From Armatimonadota bacterium (GTDB lineage: Bacteria > Sysuimicrobiota > Sysuimicrobiia > Sysuimicrobiales > Humicultoraceae), in the NCBI GenBank assembly GCA_037446215.1, contig JBBIJB010000066.1, forward strand, positions 1 through 12,263: DNA of 12,263 nucleotides. Direction: 5' to 3'. Below the pieces are notes generated by a model. That model made no database searches, was not told where the DNA came from, and was given only the letters and a program-made list of their open reading frames with translations. Position numbers and translations under genes: made by a program. The stretch's first letter is position 1. Each line of letters opens with the position of its first letter. Below, one piece after another: positions 1 through 8,746 of this stretch.

Positions 1-312
1 AACGTCTTCAGCGGCTGGCTCAACTATCCCGAGTACTTCTACCTGTGGGTGCTGCACGGTCAGAACTCCGCCTTCAACACCAGCTCCTACCAGAGCCCCG
101 AGATGGACAGGCTGATCGACGCCGCCCGGTTCGAGACCGACCAGAAGAAGTACGCGGAGCTGGTCCGAGAAGCCGTCAAGCTCGCGCTGCACGACGTGCC
201 GATACTGCCGCTATTCCAGCCGTCGATGGACATCGCGATGCAGAAGAACGTCTCGGGATACGTCTACTGGTTCCACCGCCAGATCGACTTCCGGTCGATG
301 GCGAAGAACTAG
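1..312 (+). CDS. ABC transporter substrate-binding protein, family 5 (DppA/OppA-like), C-terminal fragment; 5' end lies outside the window
   Basis: Frame is open from base 1 (NVFSGWLNYPEYFYLWVLHGQNSAFNTSSYQSPEMDRLIDAARFETD...DVPILPLFQP...VSGY) to TAG at 310-312. This matches the typical SBP_bac_5 C-terminus and lies directly upstream of the permeases. Confidence 0.9.
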   Translation, partial: NVFSGWLNYPEYFYLWVLHGQNSAFNTSSYQSPEMDRLIDAARFETDQKKYAELVREAVKLALHDVPILPLFQPSMDIAMQKNVSGYVYWFHRQIDFRSMAKN

Positions 313-316
313 CGCA

Positions 317-1375
317 TTGGGTGCGGGCGTGAAACCGGCAGGCGCGGTTCGCACTAGGCCGACCCTCAGGATGGTCGCCAGGCGGCTGGCCACCGCCCTT
401 CCGGGCGTGGTTGGGGTGATCGTCGTCACCTTCTTGCTGAACCGCGCCCTGCCGGGCGATCCCGCCGCCTACTTCGCGGGCCCGGCGGCGACGCCGCAGG
501 CGATCGAGGAGATCCGGGCGAGGCTCGGCCTCGACCGCAGCCTCCCCGAGCAGTTCGCGTTCTACGTGCGCGACCTCGCAATGGGGGACCTGGGCCACTC
601 GATCACAACCGGCCAACCGGTCGCTGCCGACCTGCGGACCCGCCTGCCGGCGTCGATCGAGCTGGCCGCCTGCGGCCTGCTGTTGGCGCTCGCGGTGGCG
701 CTGCCGCTCGGCGTGATAGCCGCGACGCGCCCGGGGTCCGGGGTCGATCACCTGACCAGGCTCCTGGCGACGATGGGAAACTCGCTTCCGGTATTCTTCA
801 CGGGGCTTCTGCTCGTGTATCTCTTCTACTACCTGCTGGGCTGGGCACCGCCGCCGCTCGGCCGGCTCGAGGTCTTCAGGTCGCCGCCGCCGCAGGTGAC
901 CGGCGCCTTCCTGATCGACAGCCTGCTCGCGAGGGATCTGGGGCTGTTCGCGGCCGCGGCTAAGCAACTGGTGCTTCCCACGCTGACGCTGGGCCTCGCA
1001 GCCCTCGCCCCGATCACGCGGATGACCCGAGGCGCGATGCTGGGAGTGTTGGGCAGCGACTACGTGCGCACCGCGAGGGCAAACGGACTCGCGCCCAGGA
1101 CGGTGCTCTATGTCTACGCGCTCCGCAACGCGATGCTGCCGGTGGTCACCACCCTGGGCCTCGTCTTCTCGTTCCTCCTCGGGGTCAGCGTCGTGGTGGA
1201 GAAGATCTACGCCTGGCCGGGGATCGGGGCCTACGCGCTCGAGGCGGTGATAGCGTCGGACTACGCCCCTGTGCAGGGGTTCGTCCTGACCATGGCTCTG
1301 GTCTACGTGGCCCTCAACCTGATGATCGACCTGGTCTACGGCGTGATCGATCCGAGGATCCAGATCGAGTCATGA
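317..1375 (+). CDS. Peptide/nickel-type ABC transporter permease (DppB/OppB-like)
   Basis: N-terminal LPGDPA...LGLDRSLPEQF...GDLGHS motif, several TM helices, EAA loop (DYVRTARANGL...YALRNAMLP), C-terminal DPRI. Start is uncertain (TTG 317, GTG 329 or ATG 371). Confidence 0.93.
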   Translation: MGAGVKPAGAVRTRPTLRMVARRLATALPGVVGVIVVTFLLNRALPGDPAAYFAGPAATPQAIEEIRARLGLDRSLPEQFAFYVRDLAMGDLGHSITTGQPVAADLRTRLPASIELAACGLLLALAVALPLGVIAATRPGSGVDHLTRLLATMGNSLPVFFTGLLLVYLFYYLLGWAPPPLGRLEVFRSPPPQVTGAFLIDSLLARDLGLFAAAAKQLVLPTLTLGLAALAPITRMTRGAMLGVLGSDYVRTARANGLAPRTVLYVYALRNAMLPVVTTLGLVFSFLLGVSVVVEKIYAWPGIGAYALEAVIASDYAPVQGFVLTMALVYVALNLMIDLVYGVIDPRIQIES

Positions 1376-2229
1376 GCTCATCCGCTCTGGGCCGGATCCG
1401 GCACGGCAGGCGGGTTGTCTCTGAGAACCCGCTGACTCTTACCGCCTTCCTGCTGCTTGGAGGCCTCGTCGTGATCGCCCTCTTCGGAGAGTGGATCGCC
1501 CCGTACGATCCAATGGCCACCGGGGTGGGGCCTCGTCTGTCCCCGCCGTCGTCGGCGCACTGGTTCGGCACCGACCACCTCGGCAGGGACCTCCTGAGCC
1601 GCGTGGTCGTGGCCGCGCGCCTCGATCTCCTCATCGCGCTGTCGGCCGTCGCCCTCTCCTTCGCCGCAGGCAGCGCCGCCGGGGCCTGCGCCGGATTCTA
1701 CGGCGGGTGGGTGGAGCGGATTGTCACTCGCGTCGTGGACACGATCATGGCCTTTCCCCTGTTCGTCCTGGCCATGGGGATCATGGCCGCGGTGGGGACC
1801 TCGGTCATCAACATCGTGCTCACCGTGGCGCTGATCAACTTCCCGTCGTACGCGAGGATCGCACGCGCCGAGGTGAACGTCCGCCGCACAGCGGGATATG
1901 TCGAGGCCGCCCGCCTGGCGGGCAACTCGCCCCGGCGGATCCTGGCGGTTCACATCTACCCCAACTGCCTGCCGCCGCTGATCGTCCAGGCATCGATGAA
2001 CATGGGGTGGGCGATCCTGAGCGCGGCAGGACTCTCGTTCATTGGCCTCGGAGTGCGGCCCCCTACCGCTGAGTGGGGGATCATGGTGGCCGATGGGTCG
2101 GCGTTCATGATCTCGGGCGAGTGGTGGGTCTCCACCTTCCCAGGCATCGCACTGATGATGGCGGTCCTCTCGTTCAACCTGATGGGGGACGGCCTGCGCG
2201 ATATCGTCGATCCTCGGAGGCGCACATGA
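1372..2229 (+). CDS. Peptide/nickel-type ABC transporter permease (DppC/OppC-like)
   Basis: APYDP...PPSSAHWFGTDHLGRDLLSRV, EAA loop YVEAARLAG, LSFIGLGVRPPTAEWG, FNLMGDGLRDIVDPR. ATGA overlap with the upstream stop. Confidence 0.95.
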   Translation: MSSSALGRIRHGRRVVSENPLTLTAFLLLGGLVVIALFGEWIAPYDPMATGVGPRLSPPSSAHWFGTDHLGRDLLSRVVVAARLDLLIALSAVALSFAAGSAAGACAGFYGGWVERIVTRVVDTIMAFPLFVLAMGIMAAVGTSVINIVLTVALINFPSYARIARAEVNVRRTAGYVEAARLAGNSPRRILAVHIYPNCLPPLIVQASMNMGWAILSAAGLSFIGLGVRPPTAEWGIMVADGSAFMISGEWWVSTFPGIALMMAVLSFNLMGDGLRDIVDPRRRT

Positions 2230-3212
2230 GCGGCGGACCGGCACACGAGCTCGGGCCGCTGCTTACGCTCGATGGCCTGTCTCTCGAGTTCCGCGGGCGG
2301 GGAGGAGTCTCGCGGGTGCTGGACGCGGTAGGCCTGACGGTGGGTTGGGGAGAGACCGTGGGCCTGGTCGGGGAGAGCGGATCGGGCAAGACGGTGACGG
2401 CGCTCGCGATCATGGGGATCCTCCCGCCGCAGGCCAGGGTGACCGGGGGGGCCGCCCTGTTCAAGGGCACCGATCTCCTAGCGACGGACGAGAAGACCCT
2501 GCGTCGCTACCGCGGTGGCGAGATCGCGATGACCTTCCAGCAGGCCCGAGCCGGGCTCAACCCGATCCGGCCGGTGGGACGCCAGATAGAGGACGTCATC
2601 CGACACCACACCGACCTGGGCCGAGCCGACGCCAGGGAACGGGCCGTCGCTCTGCTCTCCCGCGTGCAGATACCTGACCCGTCGCGCGTGTTTGGCGCCT
2701 TCCCATTCGAGCTCTCCGGCGGGATGTGCCAGCGCGTGATGATCGCAATGGCGGTCTCCTGCTCGCCGTCGCTGCTGATCGCCGACGAGCCTGCCACAGG
2801 CCTTGATGTGTGCACGCAGGCCGCGGTGCTGGAGCTGATCGGCGAGCTGGCCTCGGAGAGGCGGATGGCAACGCTGCTCATCTCCCACGACCTTGGGCTG
2901 CTGGGGGAGCGCGCCGACCGCATCGTGGTCATGCACGCCGGGCACGTCGTGGAGTCGGCGCCGACCCGCGCCCTCTTCGCCTCGCCGAGGCATCCCTACA
3001 CGGCGAAGCTGATCGCCTCGTGCCCTCGGCCCTCGGTGGAGCTAGGCGACCTCGTGACGATCCCTGGCACGATCCCCGACTTTCGAGAGCCGCTTCCGCC
3101 GTGCCGATTCAGGTTCAGGTGCGAGCGGGCCTCTCCCGAGTGCGACCAGCCGCCGCTTCCGCGCTTCGAGGTCGGCCCCGACCATTTCGTCGCCTGCTGG
3201 AGGCCTCTCTGA
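2226..3212 (+). CDS. Peptide/nickel-type ABC transporter ATP-binding protein (DppD/OppD-like)
   Basis: Walker A GESGSGKT, signature LSGGMCQRV, Walker B LLIADEP, H-loop SHD, HPYT and a Cys-rich C-terminal domain (CRFRFRC...C...VACW). Start reassigned to ATG 2226 (ATGA overlap with the permease stop) instead of 2073. Confidence 0.93.
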   Translation: MSGGPAHELGPLLTLDGLSLEFRGRGGVSRVLDAVGLTVGWGETVGLVGESGSGKTVTALAIMGILPPQARVTGGAALFKGTDLLATDEKTLRRYRGGEIAMTFQQARAGLNPIRPVGRQIEDVIRHHTDLGRADARERAVALLSRVQIPDPSRVFGAFPFELSGGMCQRVMIAMAVSCSPSLLIADEPATGLDVCTQAAVLELIGELASERRMATLLISHDLGLLGERADRIVVMHAGHVVESAPTRALFASPRHPYTAKLIASCPRPSVELGDLVTIPGTIPDFREPLPPCRFRFRCERASPECDQPPLPRFEVGPDHFVACWRPL

Positions 3213-4222
3213 TGGCCGACCTGCCCCTCCTGCATGTGCGAGATCTCTCCAAGCGCTTCCCTGTGCGCGGCACGAAGCGGATGGTGCACGCGGTGGACCG
3301 TGTCGGGCTGTCCATGTACGCCGGGGAGTCGGTCGGGCTCGTGGGCGAGTCCGGGTGCGGCAAGTCCACCCTTGTCCGGCTGATCGCACGGCTCCTGGAC
3401 CCCAGCGGCGGCGAGATCGACTTCGAGCAGCGGCCCATCGGGTCGATCCCGGCGGCGGTATTCGCGGGACGGCCGGAGCGCGCCTTGATCCAGATGGTCT
3501 TCCAGGACCCCACCGACAGTCTCAACCCTCGCTTCACCGCGTTCGAGACCATCGCCGATCCTATCCGACACCTGTCGTCGAACAGGACCAGGAGGGCGGT
3601 GGAGGAGAGAACCGCCGAGGTCGCGGAGCTCGTGAGGTTGCGGGGAGAGCTGCTGGGTCGGTATCCACACCAGCTCTCCGGAGGGCAGGCCCAACGGGTG
3701 GGGATCGCCAGGGCCATCTCGGTCTCGCCGCGCCTGCTGATATTGGACGAGCCCACCTCGGCGCTGGACGTCTCGGTGCAGGCGGTGATCCTCCACCTGC
3801 TCGCCGAGCTGCGCGTGCGCCTGGGCATGACCTACCTGTTCGTCTCCCATGATCTCAACGTGGTCAGACTGATCACAGAGCGCGTCTTGGTAATGTACGC
3901 GGGCAGGGTAGTCGAGGTAGGGCCCACCGCCGATGTGCTGTCCCGGCCGAGCCACCCCTATACCCGCGCGCTGCTCTCCGCGATCCCCGCGTTTGACCCG
4001 ACCGCCAGGAGGGCGCGGATACGCCTTCCCGGCGAGCCCCAGAGCCCCGTGGATCCCAGCCCGACGGTCTGCCGGTTCTTCGGGCGGTGCCCTGAGGGTT
4101 TCGATCGATGCCGCCTCGAGATGCCGGAGCTGCGACCGGTCGGCACCGGCCGCTTCGTAGCGTGCCACCTCTTCGACGATAGGAGCGGGCCGGACAGGGA
4201 GAGCGATACAACTTCCGGATAG
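3212..4222 (+). CDS. Peptide/nickel-type ABC transporter ATP-binding protein (DppF/OppF-like)
   Basis: Walker A GESGCGKST, IQMVFQDP, YPHQLSGGQAQRVGIARA, LILDEPTSALDVSVQA, SHDL, HPYT, CRFFGRC...C...VACH. Start reassigned to ATG 3212 (TGATG overlap) instead of 2810. Confidence 0.95.
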   Translation: MADLPLLHVRDLSKRFPVRGTKRMVHAVDRVGLSMYAGESVGLVGESGCGKSTLVRLIARLLDPSGGEIDFEQRPIGSIPAAVFAGRPERALIQMVFQDPTDSLNPRFTAFETIADPIRHLSSNRTRRAVEERTAEVAELVRLRGELLGRYPHQLSGGQAQRVGIARAISVSPRLLILDEPTSALDVSVQAVILHLLAELRVRLGMTYLFVSHDLNVVRLITERVLVMYAGRVVEVGPTADVLSRPSHPYTRALLSAIPAFDPTARRARIRLPGEPQSPVDPSPTVCRFFGRCPEGFDRCRLEMPELRPVGTGRFVACHLFDDRSGPDRESDTTSG

Positions 4223-4252
4223 CCAAGAGACGATGGAGTCGGGAGGTTTCAG

Positions 4253-5497
4253 GTGAGCAGTCTGAGGGAGTCGATCGACGCAGCCAACGAGGCGGCAGTC
4301 GAAAGGATGGTAGCGGCGGATCCGGTCTTGGTCGATGTTGCGCGGGCCGAAGAGGTGATCCCGGGCCTCTCAGGCCGAACGGTACTTCACGCCGGGCCTC
4401 CCATCGGATGGCAGCGGATGTGCGGCGCGCAGCGAGGCGCCGTGCTTGGGATGGTGCTCTTCGAAGGGTGGGCCGAGGATGCCGACGGCGCCGCGGCCAT
4501 GCTGGAGCGGGGCGAGATCGCCCTTGCACCCAACCACCACCATGGAGCCGTGGGCCCGATGGCCGGCACGATCTCGCCCTCGCTTCCCGTCTTCGTCGTC
4601 GAGAACAGGGCGCATGGAAACCGTGCCTTCTGCAGGCAGGTCGAGCGCCGCCAGCAGTTCGGCGACTACAGCGACGAAGCCCTCGGTGCGCTGAGGATGT
4701 GGCGCGACGTCTGGGCACCCTCGATCGCGGCTGGGCTCCGACAGATGGGGGGCCTGGGGCTGAGGACGATGATCGCCAAGGCGCTGCAGATGGGGGACGA
4801 GCTCCACAACCGCCAGGTGGCGGCCTCGAGCCTCTTCGCGAACGCGATGGCCGTCCCTATGATCAAGTCCGGGCTGCCGGCCGACCGCCTAATCGGCACG
4901 CTCGCATACCTCGCGAACCACGAGGTGTTCTTCCTGTCTATGGCGATGGCGGCGGGGAAGGCGACCGCCGACGCTGCTTCGGGGATCGAACCCAGCACCG
5001 TGGTCACGGCGATGGCGCGGAACGGCACCGAGTTCGGCATCCGTGTAAGCGGCCTGGGCGACGAGTGGTTTACCGCGCCCGCGCCCCGCATAGACGGCCT
5101 GTACTTCCCGGGCTACGGCGAGAAGGACGCCGGCCTGGACATGGGCGACTCGGCGATCACGGAGACGGTGGGGTGGGGGGGATTCGTGCTCGGAGGCGCC
5201 CCCGGGATATTGAACCTCGTGGGAGGCACCCCTGAGCAGGCGATGCGCTACAGCGCCGAGATGCGAGAGATAGCCGTCGGCAGCCACGCCGTCTACCGGA
5301 TACCGGCGTTCGGCTTCGAGGGTGCGCCCGTCGGAATCGACATACGGAAGGTCGTTCGCACGGGCATAGCCCCGATCATAGACACCGCCATAGCGCACAA
5401 GGATCCGGGCCACCCGATGATAGGTGCCGGGCTGGTCAGGGCGCCGATGGAGTGCTTCGAGAAGGCCCTCGAGGCCTTCGTCAACCGTAACAGGTAG
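4253..5497 (+). CDS. ylbE: DUF1116/YlbE-family protein (homolog of oxamate carbamoyltransferase subunit AllG), divergent
   Basis: Motifs LHAGPP, LFEGWA, HHxAVGPM, MGDExHxR, VTAMARNG.EFGIRVSGLG..WFTAPA, DMGDSAITET.G.GG, DIRKVV.TGI.P, IAHK...IGAG.VRAP..CF..AL. SD GGGAGG at 4241-4246 precedes GTG 4253. The symbol denotes family membership, not proven orthology. Confidence 0.88.
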   Translation: MSSLRESIDAANEAAVERMVAADPVLVDVARAEEVIPGLSGRTVLHAGPPIGWQRMCGAQRGAVLGMVLFEGWAEDADGAAAMLERGEIALAPNHHHGAVGPMAGTISPSLPVFVVENRAHGNRAFCRQVERRQQFGDYSDEALGALRMWRDVWAPSIAAGLRQMGGLGLRTMIAKALQMGDELHNRQVAASSLFANAMAVPMIKSGLPADRLIGTLAYLANHEVFFLSMAMAAGKATADAASGIEPSTVVTAMARNGTEFGIRVSGLGDEWFTAPAPRIDGLYFPGYGEKDAGLDMGDSAITETVGWGGFVLGGAPGILNLVGGTPEQAMRYSAEMREIAVGSHAVYRIPAFGFEGAPVGIDIRKVVRTGIAPIIDTAIAHKDPGHPMIGAGLVRAPMECFEKALEAFVNRNR

Positions 5498-5555
5498 CGA
5501 GAGGGGAGCCACGGGCAGGACCCCGAATCCCGCAGCGTGGACCCTCTCTGGCCTG
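5491..5555 (+). terminator. Long imperfect stem-loop at the end of the ABC-ylbE operon (putative terminator or 3' stabiliser, no U-tract)
   Basis: Nested arms CAGGT/GCCTG, GAGAGGG(5499-5505)/CCCTCTC(5542-5548), CCACG(5509-5513)/CGTGG(5536-5540) and GGA/TCC around loop CCCCGAA. Confidence 0.5.
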
Positions 5556-5703
5556 CTGTGGCCGGTCGCTCCCGGGGGGGCTTCCGGCAGGATCTTCCTG
5601 CCCGGTCGCAAAAGAGCCTATTGCGCGCCGGCCTGCCTGAAACGCGCTAGGGTGTTGGGGTGCCGCGGTCGGTTCGTCAACGGATGCACCGCCCATGCAC
5701 GGC

Positions 5704-5712
5704 TGCTAGGGT
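5704..5712 (+). promoter_or_regulatory. Candidate extended -10 element (TGcTAGGGT) for the malic enzyme gene
   Basis: TGn-TAnnnT pattern about 40 nt upstream of GTG 5751; SD-like AAGGGGG around 5736-5742. No clear -35. Confidence 0.3.
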
Positions 5713-5750
5713 AGGGAAGGCTATCCAAAGACCGCAAGGGGGCGATCCTA

Positions 5751-7034
<1,284 letters not shown>

Positions 7035-7070
7035 CCCGCCGTCGGCCGGTCCCAGGCCGCCGGAGCAGGA

Positions 7071-7118
7071 GGTTAGAGGAGCCGGGGCGCCCTAGCGGGT
7101 GCGCTCCGGCTCCCAACC
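7071..7118. terminator. Strong stem-loop at the convergent maeB / spermidine-synthase-like junction (putative bidirectional terminator or stabiliser)
   Basis: GGAGCCGGGGCGC (7078-7090) pairs with GCGCTCCGGCTCC (7101-7113), 13 bp with one G-U, extended by GGTT/AACC. A second small hairpin lies at 7039-7063 (CGGCC/GGCCG). No U-tract. Confidence 0.55.
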
Positions 7119-8633
7119 GTATACGGGCAGGATATCCACCGGCGCGTAGTCATCCGTCAGCAGCGGGACGTCGTCGGTTGGCACACGCCGGTCGTAGTAG
7201 TCTTTGGCGTAGCGGTCGAGGGGCAGGCGGACCCGCTTCTCGGCCCGCAGCCGCTGGGCCGCCGCGGCTATCTCCTCGGCCTGCATCCCTGCGCGCCCCG
7301 CGGCAACCAGGATAATTGTCCGCGTCTCCGTGGCGTTGCGGTCCAGCCCGAACGCGGTGGGGAAGGGGTACAGCCCGGGGAAGACCCGCGAGTACGTCTT
7401 GTAGAGCGCCCGGAAGAGGCGGCTCTGCGGCCCATCGAGGGCGCCTATGATGTTCGAGACCACGATGCCGCCGGGTGCCAGTCGATCACGTACCTGCTCC
7501 AGGAACTCCCGGGTGGCCAGATGGAACGGGATCCCCTCGGCGAAGTAGGCGTCGAGGACGATCAGGTCGTACCTGGCCTCCGATCTCCGGATGAAGACGC
7601 GCCCATCCTGTATCGCGATCCGGTGTCTGGCATCCTCCCTGACCTCGAAGAACCGCTTCGCGACGTCTACCACCGCCGGGTCTATCTCGATGCTGTCGAA
7701 CGCGACCTCGCCGTAGTCGCGCGTGAACCGCTTCGGGATGCTGCCGGCGCCAAGGCCCACCAGCAGCGCCCGCCGGATCCCACTGTGGAAGACATGCGCC
7801 AGATGGGCGTACGAGGTGTAGAGGAAGGGGCTCTCGTGGGGGTCGCGCAGCACCATCCCGCCCTGGAAGGAGCGGTTGAACCGCAGATAGCGGTTGAGCC
7901 CATCCTCGACCACGCTTATCTGGTGGTAGGCGCTGTCCTTCTCGAAGACCACCCGATAGGTGGGAAGCCTCACGGGCGCGGCAAGCGCAACCCCTTGGGA
8001 GGCCGCCAGCAAGGCCGCGATGAGCGCTCCCGCCGCGGCCGGGACGAGCCCGGTCCGACGCCGTGTGGACGCGGCCAGCGTCAACGCGAGCGCGATGAGC
8101 GTTCCTCCCAGCAGGTGGAGGATCGTGCGCACGCCCAGCGCAGGTATGAGGAAGAAGGCGGTTCCGATCGTGCCCGCGATGCTTCCCATCGTGGACAGCG
8201 CGTACAGGCCCCCGGCGCTGCTGCCAACCCTGGCCAGGTTGTCCGCCACCAGCTTTATCGCGAACGGCGAGGTCGTTCCCATCAGGACGCTCGGGACGGA
8301 GAACAGCACGATCGAGGCCAGCATCGGGCTCATGCGGGGGCCCAGGCCCCACGCGTCGAACGCCGACAGCACAGGCCTGGCGATCAGCGTGAGCGATAGG
8401 ATAGTGAGGCCTGCCCCCGCGAGCAGGGCTGCGAGCAGCCTCGGTGCAGGCCACCTGTCCGCCACCTTCCCGCCCAGGTAGTAGCCCACGCTGAGTGCGC
8501 CGAGGAAGATGCTGATAAGGGCTCCCCACACGTAGACCGAGCTGCCGAAGAAGGGCGCGATCAGACGGCTGCCCACTATCTGCAGGCCCATCAATACCGC
8601 ACCACTGCCGAAGACGACGACACGTAGAACCAC
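7092..8633 (-). CDS. Fused membrane domain (MFS-like) / spermidine-synthase-like class I SAM-binding protein
   Basis: N-terminal TM domain (VFGSGAVLMGLQIVGSRLIAPFFGSSVYVWG...LYALSTMGSIAGT...FLIPALG), then DSAYHQISVVE, LLVGLGAGS, IEIDPAVV, DGRVFI, YDLIVLDAY, PFHLATREF, LTDDYAPVD. Start reassigned to GTG at 8633 because SD GGGAGG (8641-8646, minus strand) lies 7 nt upstream; the 8783 start would overlap pyk. Confidence 0.88.
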   Translation of the reverse strand: MVLRVVVFGSGAVLMGLQIVGSRLIAPFFGSSVYVWGALISIFLGALSVGYYLGGKVADRWPAPRLLAALLAGAGLTILSLTLIARPVLSAFDAWGLGPRMSPMLASIVLFSVPSVLMGTTSPFAIKLVADNLARVGSSAGGLYALSTMGSIAGTIGTAFFLIPALGVRTILHLLGGTLIALALTLAASTRRRTGLVPAAAGALIAALLAASQGVALAAPVRLPTYRVVFEKDSAYHQISVVEDGLNRYLRFNRSFQGGMVLRDPHESPFLYTSYAHLAHVFHSGIRRALLVGLGAGSIPKRFTRDYGEVAFDSIEIDPAVVDVAKRFFEVREDARHRIAIQDGRVFIRRSEARYDLIVLDAYFAEGIPFHLATREFLEQVRDRLAPGGIVVSNIIGALDGPQSRLFRALYKTYSRVFPGLYPFPTAFGLDRNATETRTIILVAAGRAGMQAEEIAAAAQRLRAEKRVRLPLDRYAKDYYDRRVPTDDVPLLTDDYAPVDILPVYGWEPERTR

Positions 8634-8719
8634 TGAGAGACCTCCCAAGTGCGGACGTTTGGGTTCCTCTTCAAGTTCGCCCTGCCCCGCGAGCGGGCCT
8701 TCTGCGGCACCACGGCCGC

Positions 8720-8728
8720 TGGTATACT
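8720..8728 (+). promoter_or_regulatory. Candidate extended -10 promoter (TGgTATACT) for pyk
   Basis: Near-consensus TGn-TATAcT in a GC-rich background, within the 113-bp divergent intergenic region, followed by SD GGGAGGA at 8731-8737. Confidence 0.5.
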
Positions 8729-8746
8729 TCGGGAGGAATCCTGCCA

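Noticed and set aside
2073..3211. N-terminal extensions of the two ABC ATPases in the ORF track (starts 2073 and 2810)
   Set aside because: They overlap upstream genes and lack homology; coupled starts at 2226 and 3212 fit better.
5495..5555. TAG followed by a hairpin as a pyrrolysine or read-through signal
   Set aside because: The DUF1116 protein is already complete at this stop and nothing recognisable follows in frame.
5584..5640. Possible c-di-GMP-I riboswitch (GGTCGCAAAAGAGCC resembles GGACGCAAAGCC)
   Set aside because: No GGCAAA...GAAA tetraloop stem or tetraloop receptor is visible; an Rfam search would settle it.
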